Positions 39,601-49,185 of a stretch of 60,945 nucleotides of DNA are shown here, one piece after another. A model generated the notes under the pieces. It was not told the DNA's origin. It saw only the letters and a program-made list of their open reading frames with translations, and made no database searches. Position 1 is the stretch's first letter; each line of letters starts with the position of its first letter. The stretch is from the IMG/VR virus record IMGVR_UViG_3300025122_000014, positions 1 to 60,945 of that record; one strand, 5' to 3'. The DNA comes from a virus (lineage: Duplodnaviria > Caudoviricetes). A program made the position numbers and the translations under genes.

Positions 39601-40101
39601 TCACCTCTTCACCCAGATGTAGATGATGGGTGTTGTGAATATGCTGGGGTAGGGACAGGATGTCCTGACCCATTAGCACTAAATTATGGTGGACCAACCG
39701 TTTTAGGATGTGGAACCCCACCAAATCCAAACGACACAAGTTGTTGTACTTACCCAGCATATGGATGTACAGACCCTCTTGCAACTAACTATGACCCAGT
39801 AGCTCTTATAGATGACGGAACTTGTATTTACCCTGAAATGGAAGTACCTGTAGGGACAAATCCATACAACCAACATGAGATTGAATTATGTATGTCAGCT
39901 ATCACAAAAGAAGAAGTATTAATAAATATTTGTCAAGAAGTAGAAATTCAGTCAGAACTATTTATTAACAGAGGTAAGCAGTCCGTATTTGAGACTTCCC
40001 AAAGATTAGGTGAAATTGATACTATTGGGGCATTAGAAATATATGGATATGGATTTTACCAAATAAACCAAGAATTAACAAAAAGTACAAAATGGCATTA
40101 G
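36646..40101 (+). CDS. Cys-rich mosaic tail protein: HiPIP-like motif, PKD-like domain, CBM5/12-like module, GCTD-type repeats
   Basis: Start at ATG 36646 (TAATG overlap). GQKCEDCFFY...CDFW...V...YWCKTW; LNWGDG; YDEGMIVEFDGKCY...W; about 8 GC[TM]D..A.NY repeats. Confidence 0.7.
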   Translation: MEKISIKIKRKLYPGRTDVIPPQLPVEYKPYTSQGVPAGQKCEDCFFYQNGFCDFWKAPVEKDYWCKTWRNTAPGRGEAISSPCVSGATVTLCLTEDFNDIGVYTPFDGMMLQRDVVTNFLYTGDGYSITVFNSSDFQFKKFLEFSDYVLNWGDGNPTANLSIGTPSATNTYAPNSTGYTITLEQINPWGTVYVSKHISVPYTMNYPSAGNMFGTIELKPPGFETPIGCSSIFQDYIFSGDSNPDVMDHFSSAQGNFGVSIPFYITGESESHLTILQNWGPNMYVVGVGVDLNGDGTGDGIIHYITDIATGYTINDIFYVDTSGGTTFSGYTYGLDSRSLDHICCNYSPISPCPCPNAVGAFIGWFGTWQSSPPPAALAVGDPNDYDEGMIVEFDGKCYWRTGQQPSSAGFDPMAGSGHWEMCATSLIAPALQRNSSTFNTTQTDNRHWSHLITDNYSPEDYLRQKRLEQTAAISEPKPQYQKQMGSGPNYCCSVQIDKYGYALTVDMQFNKRVMQGWSNDQYYCDCNYSNVPNNWYTGIGDNIGTNAPPTHVFRHQSTGWIGASNTSSSSCQPNGPVNANSPFGTACGGHPDNWGASYWGPSAAGYQQADDNELWQSDNCYDGYSSTGCYWNPWPICSKNSWTASSGKRHACEPYVYGCMDNGLQSTQNPPGVNDVMDSFIFGLAADNLGTVPANYGDNWPRNAGPANTVNYGIKPDHIFANSSFGGCVYTIQACLDTEASNYMRGAWDDSGNFIVGSLDLNLNVMTNQGNASWVTINPCNTAGSTGPSGLGDCCYYSAGCTYNVGTGLFESALPQPPNTALFGDHLNTDIVQVGPYLAPGGASVAYADIYPPLASMMPPIPGGPLMTCPPSLAQPYNPPNAAPFSYIIDDGSCIIEIPGCTDPTHALYCPYATYEAGCPPPTAGCMDASALNYNPAANLPCDDPSYSPPCSVPSQYCCCEYPLFGCTDILATNYMWDCAGVDHSPLHPDVDDGCCEYAGVGTGCPDPLALNYGGPTVLGCGTPPNPNDTSCCTYPAYGCTDPLATNYDPVALIDDGTCIYPEMEVPVGTNPYNQHEIELCMSAITKEEVLINICQEVEIQSELFINRGKQSVFETSQRLGEIDTIGALEIYGYGFYQINQELTKSTKWH
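38619..39830 (+). repeat. Protein-level tandem repeats GC[TMP]DxxAxNY...DDGxC (about 8 degenerate copies)
   Basis: Examples: GCTDPTHALY, GCMDASALNYNPAA, GCTDILATNY, GCPDPLALNY, GCTDPLATNYDPVALIDDGTCIY. Confidence 0.85.
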
Positions 40102-40997
40102 GAACATACGGAATTAAAAGACCTTCAGATGTATCACCAGATGATGTGGACATATTGATGGTATACTCTTCTTCAAGAGAAGCTACGGAAGTACCAATTA
40201 TAAGAAAATTGGACGCTTCTTCCATTTTAACCCCTTATTATCATAATACCACTACAGGTGGTAACCCAAATATAGAATTATTAGGTGGGTTATATAATTT
40301 ACAACTACCCGCAACACAGTTTAAAGAGAAAGGGATATATACTTTGTATATTAAACCAGCTGAAATAAGAACTACATTGGCGGATTGTGGGGTGTTATCT
40401 TCTTTGCCAAATGTAAAAGGTATTATATTTGATATTAATAATGTTCCACCACAATATAGGAACAAATTTGTAAATAATGGTCTTGTTGGATTTAGGATAG
40501 AATATTTAAATACAGATGGGACTAAAATACCTAATTTATATAGGATAATCACATCTAATTTCTTCTGTGAGCCGATAACACAAAATATGACTAATAGTAA
40601 TCAAAAAGCTATTAGATACAGGTATATAAATGGGGGTAGTAATTTACTATTCTGTACATTAACCCCTACAACAGCACCAACTAATAAACCTCATGCGTTA
40701 CCATATATAGGGCACCCAAATCAAGAGGTTATAGTAAGTAACACTCAATTTAACCCTATATGTATGGAAATAGAAATGGTTGATTATGACTTAGATAGTT
40801 TAGCAATTGCATTGTATGGCAATCAAACTAAATCTATTACAGATGGAATATATACTCTATATGATAGAGATAATAATATATTTAAACAATATAATTTATT
40901 CGAGAAGAGAGATGAATTTGGTAACCCACTATATGAAGTACGTGAAGATAGGGGAGATAATATAGATTTTAGTAAAGCGTTCAATAATATTGTATAA
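40092..40997 (+). CDS. Putative structural (baseplate) protein
   Basis: 301 aa overlapping the upstream gene within the baseplate operon; no function-defining motif. Confidence 0.7.
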   Translation: MALGTYGIKRPSDVSPDDVDILMVYSSSREATEVPIIRKLDASSILTPYYHNTTTGGNPNIELLGGLYNLQLPATQFKEKGIYTLYIKPAEIRTTLADCGVLSSLPNVKGIIFDINNVPPQYRNKFVNNGLVGFRIEYLNTDGTKIPNLYRIITSNFFCEPITQNMTNSNQKAIRYRYINGGSNLLFCTLTPTTAPTNKPHALPYIGHPNQEVIVSNTQFNPICMEIEMVDYDLDSLAIALYGNQTKSITDGIYTLYDRDNNIFKQYNLFEKRDEFGNPLYEVREDRGDNIDFSKAFNNIV

Positions 40998-41000
40998 TAT

Positions 41001-44000
41001 ATGGCTAAGGGAGAGAACAATGAATTAAGGCCTGGAAATGGAGCAGGCACATTTAGTGATTATCTAGTAGGTAATCAATATGTGACAGGTACCCCACAAT
41101 TCACATTGGGGAATTTTTCTGTTACTGATTCTGTGCCCACCAAAGACGACCGAGACTTTAATTTAGGTAGTTTCTCCGAACCAATTACTTTAAGTACTCT
41201 TAATATAGAATCTGTAGAAGAATCATTAAAATTAGTTTCCAATAGATTAGAAGTATTTGTAAATTACGATAGGTCTAAAATTACTAATTTTACTCAATTT
41301 GGGTCTCTAAAAGAGAAATTTAGAGTTTCTGTTCTTACCATTCTAAGAAATTTTCCAGCTGTAATACATGTTAATAGAATTGGCCTTAACTTACTTAGTG
41401 GGAACACTAGTAGTGGTTATACTTATGACCCTAATGTTAATGAGGCTAGTTTCAGAGTAGGTTCCGCAAGATTAAATAATCCTTTTAATATAGAGTTTAC
41501 TACAAAAGGAAATTTACCCTCTAATGGTGATAATAGAATTAGTGAATATCGTAACTTAACAAAAAAATATACGGATTATGTTATTTCAGTACAAAGTAAT
41601 AATTACCCAATCCTATCATTTACACCACCAACAGCTTCTACTGACAGTAATTTAAGTTTTATAGTGAAAGGAAACCCATTCAGTGGGGCTAGTAGTGTTA
41701 CCGCTACTACTTTGATAGACTACCAAATAAAACTTTCTGAAACTAGAATAGAAGAAGTATTCAATTCATTGACGGAGGTAGAACAATATCTCTTAAGTAG
41801 AGACACAGTTCCAAAATACACATCAACCTTTCAGATAAAGAAAACTTCCGATGATGGGGACGTTATAGGAGCTACACAATTAGTAACTTGGCCAATGCAG
41901 GACGATTGGAATATTATGATATCCGGAGCTACTTTTGGGGCCTATTTAACTTCTTTATATGATATTGGGGACGCATTAGATAGAGAAAAAACTAATCTTA
42001 TTTCTAGATTTTTAACTACTGCGGCATTAAAGGAATTTGATACACCAGAACATAAAGTAGAAAAGGTATTACAACTTTATGGTAGAAGTTTTGATGAGGT
42101 TAAAAAATATATAGAAGGATTAGCTTACATGAATAATGTAAGTTATAGTAAACAAGATAATGTACCAGACGCTCTACTAAAGAATTTAGCTCAAGTTATT
42201 GGATGGAAAACACCATCCGCAATTAGTGAAGATAATTTCTTAGAATCTGTTTTTGGGTTAGAAGCTAAAAAAGAAGACCCATTATATGCTGGAGAGGTTA
42301 GTAACAAGACTCCAGCAGAGTTAGATATAGATTTATATAGAAGATTGATTTTAAATACCGCCTATCTATTTAAATCTAAAGGTACAAGAAAAGCTATAGA
42401 ATTTATGTTAAGATTTATTGGTGCTCCAGAAGCATTAATAGAATTTAACGAACATGTATATGTTGCAGGACAACGTATTAATATGAGTAACTTTAATACG
42501 ACCTGGGGTAAAATGTCAGGAGGAACATATGTTCAAGAGATACCGGTAAGGATAACAGGATTTACCGCTACACAACCAGGAACTGTAGCACCTTATATAC
42601 CTACAACTATAAGTGGTTATACATTTGGTACAAAATCATTAGTATCGGATATCCCTTATGGTAGAAAAGATTTTCCTGTTGACGACCAAGGATTCCCAAT
42701 TGTACCACAAGTAGGGACAGATAGTTGGTTCCAAGCTGGTGCAGGATGGTTTGAACAAACTTTAGAACATAGAGGGAGAAGAATAACAGATTTTACTAAG
42801 TCTGTATTTACAGGTAATACACCTACAGTTAAAACTAAATTAAATGCATTTACCTACGGTGAACCTTATTTAGAAAGATTTAGAAGATTTCCGTCTATGA
42901 TGGATGGATTTGATATAACTAGAACTGTAGATAATAAAAAATCTTGGGTGGAAGAAAAAGACACATTCCAAACCAGATACTATAGTTTACGTGATAGAGG
43001 AACAAAATATTTTACAGATGACGAGAGATTGGTCATGAATGTTAAGAATGTAGAATTATTCATGAATGTAGGTCAAGGGCTAGAATGGGATGTTTGGAAC
43101 TATTCAAGAAAATACGGTTGCCCATTTGGTCTTACCGCATTAATATCTCCACCATATCCAGGTTTAGGGGGTATAGATGATACGGAAGTTAAAATAAACG
43201 CTTCCACAATGAGTTTCTTTGAATTTGCATCACAATTCTATAAGATTTTAATAAATGTTAAAAATCGTTTAACTATAGATGATGCAAAAGGTGGAGGATA
43301 CCCTACTTTACAAAATGTTTATGATGATTATATAAACAATTATTTGGTGACATGTGGTGTAAAAAGCAGCCAATACACCTACCAAAAAATGATAAATTAT
43401 TGTGAAAAGATTGGTGATTATTGGGTAAGATTGATGGAACAATTTATACCAGCTACTACTATTTGGCAAGGTGGTGTAAGATTTGAAAATTCTATTTTTC
43501 ATAGATATAAATTCCCTTATAAACATGAACCTTTATGTGATGATATACCATGTCTAGGTTCTTGGGTAGAATGTGCAAGACCACCATTATACGATACATT
43601 AGCTAATCATTGTTATATTTGTGAAGATACATTATCAGCTAGTACAGGATACACAAACTGGACCGCTAATATACAAATAAACAATCAAAGTTATACTAGT
43701 GGAGTCTACTATACTAGTACTGGGTGCACAGACCCACCACAAACCAGTTATTGGTTTAGTGCTATGACAGGCATGCTACAAGGAATCCAAGGAAATACCG
43801 CAGACCCAAACTCAGGACTTACATATTATGTTATAGACACCACCACTGACAATACGATTGACCTTGATGGTGATGGCACACCTGACATTTATTTAAATAA
43901 CCCAGATTCTATTCTAATACAAGGTCCTTGTAGTGTGGCAGGGGAAGATTTATGGAATTTTAACAATGGTTCGGACCCTCACACTTATAATAGTTGGCAG

Positions 44001-47000
44001 AATCTTTTTGAAATAGATTGGAATACAACCGGTTCCACAACTGCATATACCGCTATATATAATTTTGCCTTAGATACTGGAAACACACCGACATATACCT
44101 TAGTAAGTGGTTGGGATTTAAGAGCACCAAACGCATCTACCACAAACGATACACCTTTATTCCCACCACCTTCAGTAATAGATGGAGGAGGAATCTCAAC
44201 TTGTTGGAATTGTCCGGGAACAGGAATGACAGAAGGTACCGTTCATTATTGTGTAGATTGGGGATTCACTGGTTGTACTGGTACTACTAGTGCTTATTCA
44301 GCGACTACTAGTTGGTCCGGAATTACCGGAAATACATTTATACAGAGTGCTACCACCTGGAATTGTGGTGAAGATAATAGACCAGATTTATTAGCCAACC
44401 AATACGGTAGTATGTGGGGTTATGACACCACTTTATTCGTTAGTGGCATTACCGTTTCATACAACCAAAACAATGTATCCTTTTCAGGAGCTATGACGGC
44501 AACCTCTATAGTTTATAGTGGTGTTTGTTGTGAGACTAATCATGCTGGTTGTGGTGGTTGGGAAGAAACACTTACAGGAAATACTGTATGTCCATGTAAT
44601 ACAGTCACTGGAACATATCCAGTACAATCTCCACCAGCAACAGCCCCAACAAGTATATCGTCAACTCCTACCCAAGGGGACTTTGTGGATTGGTGGCAGG
44701 AGGGGTATTGGAATAATATATACGACCAAGGATATAATGTATTAATTAATGTAGATTTTGGTAGTCCGGGTCCTATTCCTGGGTGCTACCAACTCACTAC
44801 AGGACTTGGAGCTTTAGGACTTTCAGATGCTCAAATGATATTAACTTATTATTGGAAACAAATACCATGTAGTGCTACGACAACAAATTATACAGTACCT
44901 TTTGACGGAGGTAATAATCTTTGGAAAGCTCAGGATTGTAAAGATACTACTACTATACCTGAAAACCCACCAGCGACTGGTACAACAACAGCAACAACAT
45001 ATCCAGAAATATTTAAGGATGGAATTTCTAATATAGGAGGACAAGCATGTTATCAGGTTTATTATCCTTGTCCTGAGTGGCAAGACCCTTGTGCATGTCC
45101 ACCAGCATCATTTTATTGGGATGATTCACTTCCTAATGGTTGGAACCCGAGGGTTATGGTACACAACCAAGTTATGCCTGGTGAATGTGTAAGTTGTTGG
45201 ACCGGGGACACTAGTATTTCTTTTATTAATACTTCAACTATATATCCATGGGTACTATGGGGGCAACAAACACCTTATTCACCAGGCGGGCCTTTTGGAG
45301 CTATATACACTCCTGGTAGTAATTGTCTCGCGGGTTGTTTTGGACAACATGTGATTCATGACCCAGTAGGAGGACTTGGATTTTGTGATAATGTGGCAGC
45401 AGCTCAAGCTATGACGAATTGTGTAAATAGTTGTTCTAAGTATAATTTGGAGGTATGTGACACACAAATTGCTAAAAATCTTAAGATGGGCCCTAACCAG
45501 GGGGTACCAGCTAAAATCACACAAACTAATCCAAGAGATTCATTCAATCCATGTGACCCTGTCGACCCACCAGGTGAGGAAAGGTGTATATGTGACCCGG
45601 CTACAGCTTTGGGAACTCTTGACCAGACAGCTGAATTAAGTATCAGTTTTAATAGGGTAAGCTCTGGTTTGGTACCAGCTGAAATTATGAATATGCCCGA
45701 TTATGGGCCTAACTCACAAACTATTGGTGGTTCTACCTCAAGGTCAGCTCCAACGTACAAGTATGTCCAAGGTGGGGTACATGACGCAGCTGTTGCAAAA
45801 ATTTCACTATGTTGTTTAGGTCAATATTTTGGATGGCAATCTAGTGCATATAACGCAAATGGTTCTTTTGGTGAAATAGCGACTATATCGGCTAGTTTAA
45901 AAATGGACGAACAGTCATTTGTAGAATTATGGTTAATAGGTGGAACTCAATCGAACATATTTAGTTTAGATTTTAATGATACCCATCCATCAAAGATGAG
46001 GAACCAACTATGGATGCTAGTACCAGATGGTACAATAGATACTATGCAAGTGATAGATTATAATTACTGGGTGCAATGGATGACACACTCTTCAGGGAGT
46101 GCTGGTAATGTAGTTTTAAATCAAAAAATACCTATCAGAATAGGTTCAGTAGACTCCTCATCGGACCTATACCAACTTGATAATAGTTATGAAGGGGTGT
46201 ATGGTATATTTGGAATGTCTAATCATATAGATGTCTTAAATGGTTCAGTGTTTGGTATGCCTACAAACGATATGAGTGAACCTTACTGGTATACCGGTTA
46301 TTATTCAAACGGTGGTTGCGGTGGTTGTGGTGGTTTTCCTGGTAGTTCGAACTATGAACTATTTCACTGTAATAGTGGGAATAATTCCAGTGCAGAAGGA
46401 GCTGCAATTGCACAAATGTATGCTGGTCTAAATGTGGGAGGACCCTATTCTACAGGTAGTGTTTTATGGGAAACCAATAGTGGGCCTGGTAGTGGTTTGG
46501 AACCACCAAATGAAAATTGGGGGAACCCAATGGGAGTAAATCATGGAGGGTATGGTTTAAGGCTATATCCTTGTTGGTATACACGATTTGAAGCTAGTTG
46601 TATTGCACAAGATGATTCATCCCAAGTTAATTTGGGTAATATATTATTTTATCCAATTGATGAAGGAACCCCAACACTTATGACTCAACCAGAAGTAGAT
46701 GCTATTATACCTCAAAGTCCATGTCCTGGTGGTGGAGTTAGTCAACAGATGGCTAGAACTTTACAATCGTATCTTCCACAGGTTTTTGAATCTGCAGAAC
46801 CTTTGGATATAGCTTTAAGTGAAGGTGGAACATTTGAATTTGATTATAAGGTGTTTTTAGAGGATAAAATGCCTTTATATCCTGAAGACGCTTTTGAGAT
46901 AATAAGTTCGGAACCATATATTGTAATGAACAGTAAAAATCTTAATACAGGGACAAAAGATTTAAAATATAATAATCCAGATATTAGAACCAGATTCGGC

Positions 47001-49181
47001 CCAGAAGAGTTCCAAACATTCACCAAAGACGGTAAAATAGAATACCAAGTTGGTTGGAGAAAAGAAATAGTTAACGAAAATAATGCTCAATTTATAAAGT
47101 TTGCAAGTATTAGTCAAAGAGATGATTTTGAAAAATCATTAAAAGAAAAACAAATAGCAGGAATAGAGGCATACACTTTATTCACACATCCAAACGAATA
47201 CCCTATTAAATGGGAATCAGCTTTACAATGGGCAGAAAGAAGTATAGGTAACCCATGGTTTAGTAATTGCACCATACATACCGCTCCTGATGGTAGTTTT
47301 AGTGGTATAACTATTAGACCAGATTCCTTCTATTCTTTGGAAGAAAAAGGTAATGCTTATTATGTACCTATTAATGACCCAGCAACTGAAATAGTCGGTA
47401 CTACTTGGTCGAGTTGGCCACAATTTATAGCGGATAAATCAGGATTTACTCACTCATATACTGGTTATACCGATTATACATTATCTGGTACTGAAACAAC
47501 TCAGATGTTTGATTTATACTTTAGCTATAGTGCATTTACTGGAAATACATTGGTACCTTTAAGTGATAAATCACCACTAGATGGCCAGTTAATGGGTATA
47601 GATGATATTAAAATTAGAGCCGCGATATTCCCAGAATCTCTAGGATGTAATGGTGGACCAACAGACATAAACACTACTGAAGGAGGTATTATATATGCAC
47701 CTACCAGAGACGGCAAGTATAGAATACAATTTAAAGCTGTATTAGATGTAAAATATGAGGATACTTCTTGGTGTGACTATGTTAATAGATTTTATAAAAA
47801 AGAAGGATTAGATTACTCGTACCCTTCAAACGATTATGAATATAAAGAATTAATAAATTCTGCCATAATTCTTAAAGGGGGTAGAGTTTTAAATCCGGTG
47901 ATTGACCCATCATATCCTAAACTCTTAGAAGGTAAAGTATCTGACAAATATACTAATACAAATCCTTATTGGCAAAGTAATCCAGCTTTTGGTTATAATA
48001 TTGGTGGTATTAACGATTTCTATTTTAGAATTTATCTAACAAATAATAGTGGACAATCAGAAACAGTATTAACTGAATATACTGTTACAACAAGTGAATT
48101 AGTTCGTTCTTGGGCAGACGATTTCTTAACTTATGATTTATTGGAGACAGATAAAAAGATTAACACTATGAGTTGTTCTGGTTCCACATCTCAAATACTC
48201 CATAAATCTTTTGACGTTAATTTAGATACTGGACCTATTTTGTTAAGTGGTGATACTGACGTAATAAGGTTAAAATATGAAGCGTACTGGTCTTCTAATA
48301 TAAAAGATACTGGGTCAACAAAAACATGTGCATTTAAAGTTAATTTAGGTAGAAAAGAACCTACAAATTCTGAAGATGCATCTTCTCCATGGATTAGAAT
48401 TACTAGACGACCTTATGATTTACCTATAATTGATAGAGAAATTATTTGGAAAAGAGACGCAAAAGGAAAAACTAATATTATAACTACTCCTAGTGGAGAA
48501 CAAAAAGATATATCGAGTACAGGACAACTTTATATAAATACAGATGAGAAATTACCGGCTTACTCTAACCCTAATGGGTTTATATCTATAACACCAAAAA
48601 ACTTTAATAATCAGACGTTCCTTGACATACCAAATAAGGGATATTCAGGACCTATGGTATTAGAAAAGAAACCAGGAAGAGCTACTAATTTATGGTCTTA
48701 TACTTTATCTAATGAGTATATAAAAAATACACCAAAAATAACTGACTATTATATAAACGCAGGAAAATCTATAGAGTGGAAAGATTTAAAAATAAGATGG
48801 AATTTACCATATCAAGACAAGTCTAAAACAACTGAGAGAAGTGTTTTCCCAAGCACGGATAACTCGTATGTTATAAAAACAACATTTAGGGGTAAATTAC
48901 AAAAAGGTTCTACATTTGACCATTTTATTGTTATGAATTCATCTGAAAATGATTTTACTGATAGAGATAATTTTACTGTGGATATACAACAAAGATTAAG
49001 AGGAAATTATAATAAAACAGTTACGATTGCACAACCTTCACAAGATTGTGATAAGAGGGTATACTTAAGTTCAGAACGCATTGTTATAGATGGTAAATTT
49101 GCTAATATTAGTACTACCGGATATAATTTAAATAAACCCAATAACACACCTATTATAGGTACTAGAAGAAAATTAAAATAG
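41001..49181 (+). CDS. Giant baseplate wedge protein (T4 gp7 / P2 gpI-like core) with long Cys/Thr/Gly-rich extension
   Basis: 2726 aa; VPDALLKNLAQVIGW and LYRRLILNTAYLFKSKGTRKAIEFMLRFIG (about 42333-42422) match the gpI/gp7 KGT pattern; Cys-rich from about 43530. Confidence 0.7.
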   Translation: MAKGENNELRPGNGAGTFSDYLVGNQYVTGTPQFTLGNFSVTDSVPTKDDRDFNLGSFSEPITLSTLNIESVEESLKLVSNRLEVFVNYDRSKITNFTQFGSLKEKFRVSVLTILRNFPAVIHVNRIGLNLLSGNTSSGYTYDPNVNEASFRVGSARLNNPFNIEFTTKGNLPSNGDNRISEYRNLTKKYTDYVISVQSNNYPILSFTPPTASTDSNLSFIVKGNPFSGASSVTATTLIDYQIKLSETRIEEVFNSLTEVEQYLLSRDTVPKYTSTFQIKKTSDDGDVIGATQLVTWPMQDDWNIMISGATFGAYLTSLYDIGDALDREKTNLISRFLTTAALKEFDTPEHKVEKVLQLYGRSFDEVKKYIEGLAYMNNVSYSKQDNVPDALLKNLAQVIGWKTPSAISEDNFLESVFGLEAKKEDPLYAGEVSNKTPAELDIDLYRRLILNTAYLFKSKGTRKAIEFMLRFIGAPEALIEFNEHVYVAGQRINMSNFNTTWGKMSGGTYVQEIPVRITGFTATQPGTVAPYIPTTISGYTFGTKSLVSDIPYGRKDFPVDDQGFPIVPQVGTDSWFQAGAGWFEQTLEHRGRRITDFTKSVFTGNTPTVKTKLNAFTYGEPYLERFRRFPSMMDGFDITRTVDNKKSWVEEKDTFQTRYYSLRDRGTKYFTDDERLVMNVKNVELFMNVGQGLEWDVWNYSRKYGCPFGLTALISPPYPGLGGIDDTEVKINASTMSFFEFASQFYKILINVKNRLTIDDAKGGGYPTLQNVYDDYINNYLVTCGVKSSQYTYQKMINYCEKIGDYWVRLMEQFIPATTIWQGGVRFENSIFHRYKFPYKHEPLCDDIPCLGSWVECARPPLYDTLANHCYICEDTLSASTGYTNWTANIQINNQSYTSGVYYTSTGCTDPPQTSYWFSAMTGMLQGIQGNTADPNSGLTYYVIDTTTDNTIDLDGDGTPDIYLNNPDSILIQGPCSVAGEDLWNFNNGSDPHTYNSWQNLFEIDWNTTGSTTAYTAIYNFALDTGNTPTYTLVSGWDLRAPNASTTNDTPLFPPPSVIDGGGISTCWNCPGTGMTEGTVHYCVDWGFTGCTGTTSAYSATTSWSGITGNTFIQSATTWNCGEDNRPDLLANQYGSMWGYDTTLFVSGITVSYNQNNVSFSGAMTATSIVYSGVCCETNHAGCGGWEETLTGNTVCPCNTVTGTYPVQSPPATAPTSISSTPTQGDFVDWWQEGYWNNIYDQGYNVLINVDFGSPGPIPGCYQLTTGLGALGLSDAQMILTYYWKQIPCSATTTNYTVPFDGGNNLWKAQDCKDTTTIPENPPATGTTTATTYPEIFKDGISNIGGQACYQVYYPCPEWQDPCACPPASFYWDDSLPNGWNPRVMVHNQVMPGECVSCWTGDTSISFINTSTIYPWVLWGQQTPYSPGGPFGAIYTPGSNCLAGCFGQHVIHDPVGGLGFCDNVAAAQAMTNCVNSCSKYNLEVCDTQIAKNLKMGPNQGVPAKITQTNPRDSFNPCDPVDPPGEERCICDPATALGTLDQTAELSISFNRVSSGLVPAEIMNMPDYGPNSQTIGGSTSRSAPTYKYVQGGVHDAAVAKISLCCLGQYFGWQSSAYNANGSFGEIATISASLKMDEQSFVELWLIGGTQSNIFSLDFNDTHPSKMRNQLWMLVPDGTIDTMQVIDYNYWVQWMTHSSGSAGNVVLNQKIPIRIGSVDSSSDLYQLDNSYEGVYGIFGMSNHIDVLNGSVFGMPTNDMSEPYWYTGYYSNGGCGGCGGFPGSSNYELFHCNSGNNSSAEGAAIAQMYAGLNVGGPYSTGSVLWETNSGPGSGLEPPNENWGNPMGVNHGGYGLRLYPCWYTRFEASCIAQDDSSQVNLGNILFYPIDEGTPTLMTQPEVDAIIPQSPCPGGGVSQQMARTLQSYLPQVFESAEPLDIALSEGGTFEFDYKVFLEDKMPLYPEDAFEIISSEPYIVMNSKNLNTGTKDLKYNNPDIRTRFGPEEFQTFTKDGKIEYQVGWRKEIVNENNAQFIKFASISQRDDFEKSLKEKQIAGIEAYTLFTHPNEYPIKWESALQWAERSIGNPWFSNCTIHTAPDGSFSGITIRPDSFYSLEEKGNAYYVPINDPATEIVGTTWSSWPQFIADKSGFTHSYTGYTDYTLSGTETTQMFDLYFSYSAFTGNTLVPLSDKSPLDGQLMGIDDIKIRAAIFPESLGCNGGPTDINTTEGGIIYAPTRDGKYRIQFKAVLDVKYEDTSWCDYVNRFYKKEGLDYSYPSNDYEYKELINSAIILKGGRVLNPVIDPSYPKLLEGKVSDKYTNTNPYWQSNPAFGYNIGGINDFYFRIYLTNNSGQSETVLTEYTVTTSELVRSWADDFLTYDLLETDKKINTMSCSGSTSQILHKSFDVNLDTGPILLSGDTDVIRLKYEAYWSSNIKDTGSTKTCAFKVNLGRKEPTNSEDASSPWIRITRRPYDLPIIDREIIWKRDAKGKTNIITTPSGEQKDISSTGQLYINTDEKLPAYSNPNGFISITPKNFNNQTFLDIPNKGYSGPMVLEKKPGRATNLWSYTLSNEYIKNTPKITDYYINAGKSIEWKDLKIRWNLPYQDKSKTTERSVFPSTDNSYVIKTTFRGKLQKGSTFDHFIVMNSSENDFTDRDNFTVDIQQRLRGNYNKTVTIAQPSQDCDKRVYLSSERIVIDGKFANISTTGYNLNKPNNTPIIGTRRKLK

Positions 49182-49185
49182 AAAA

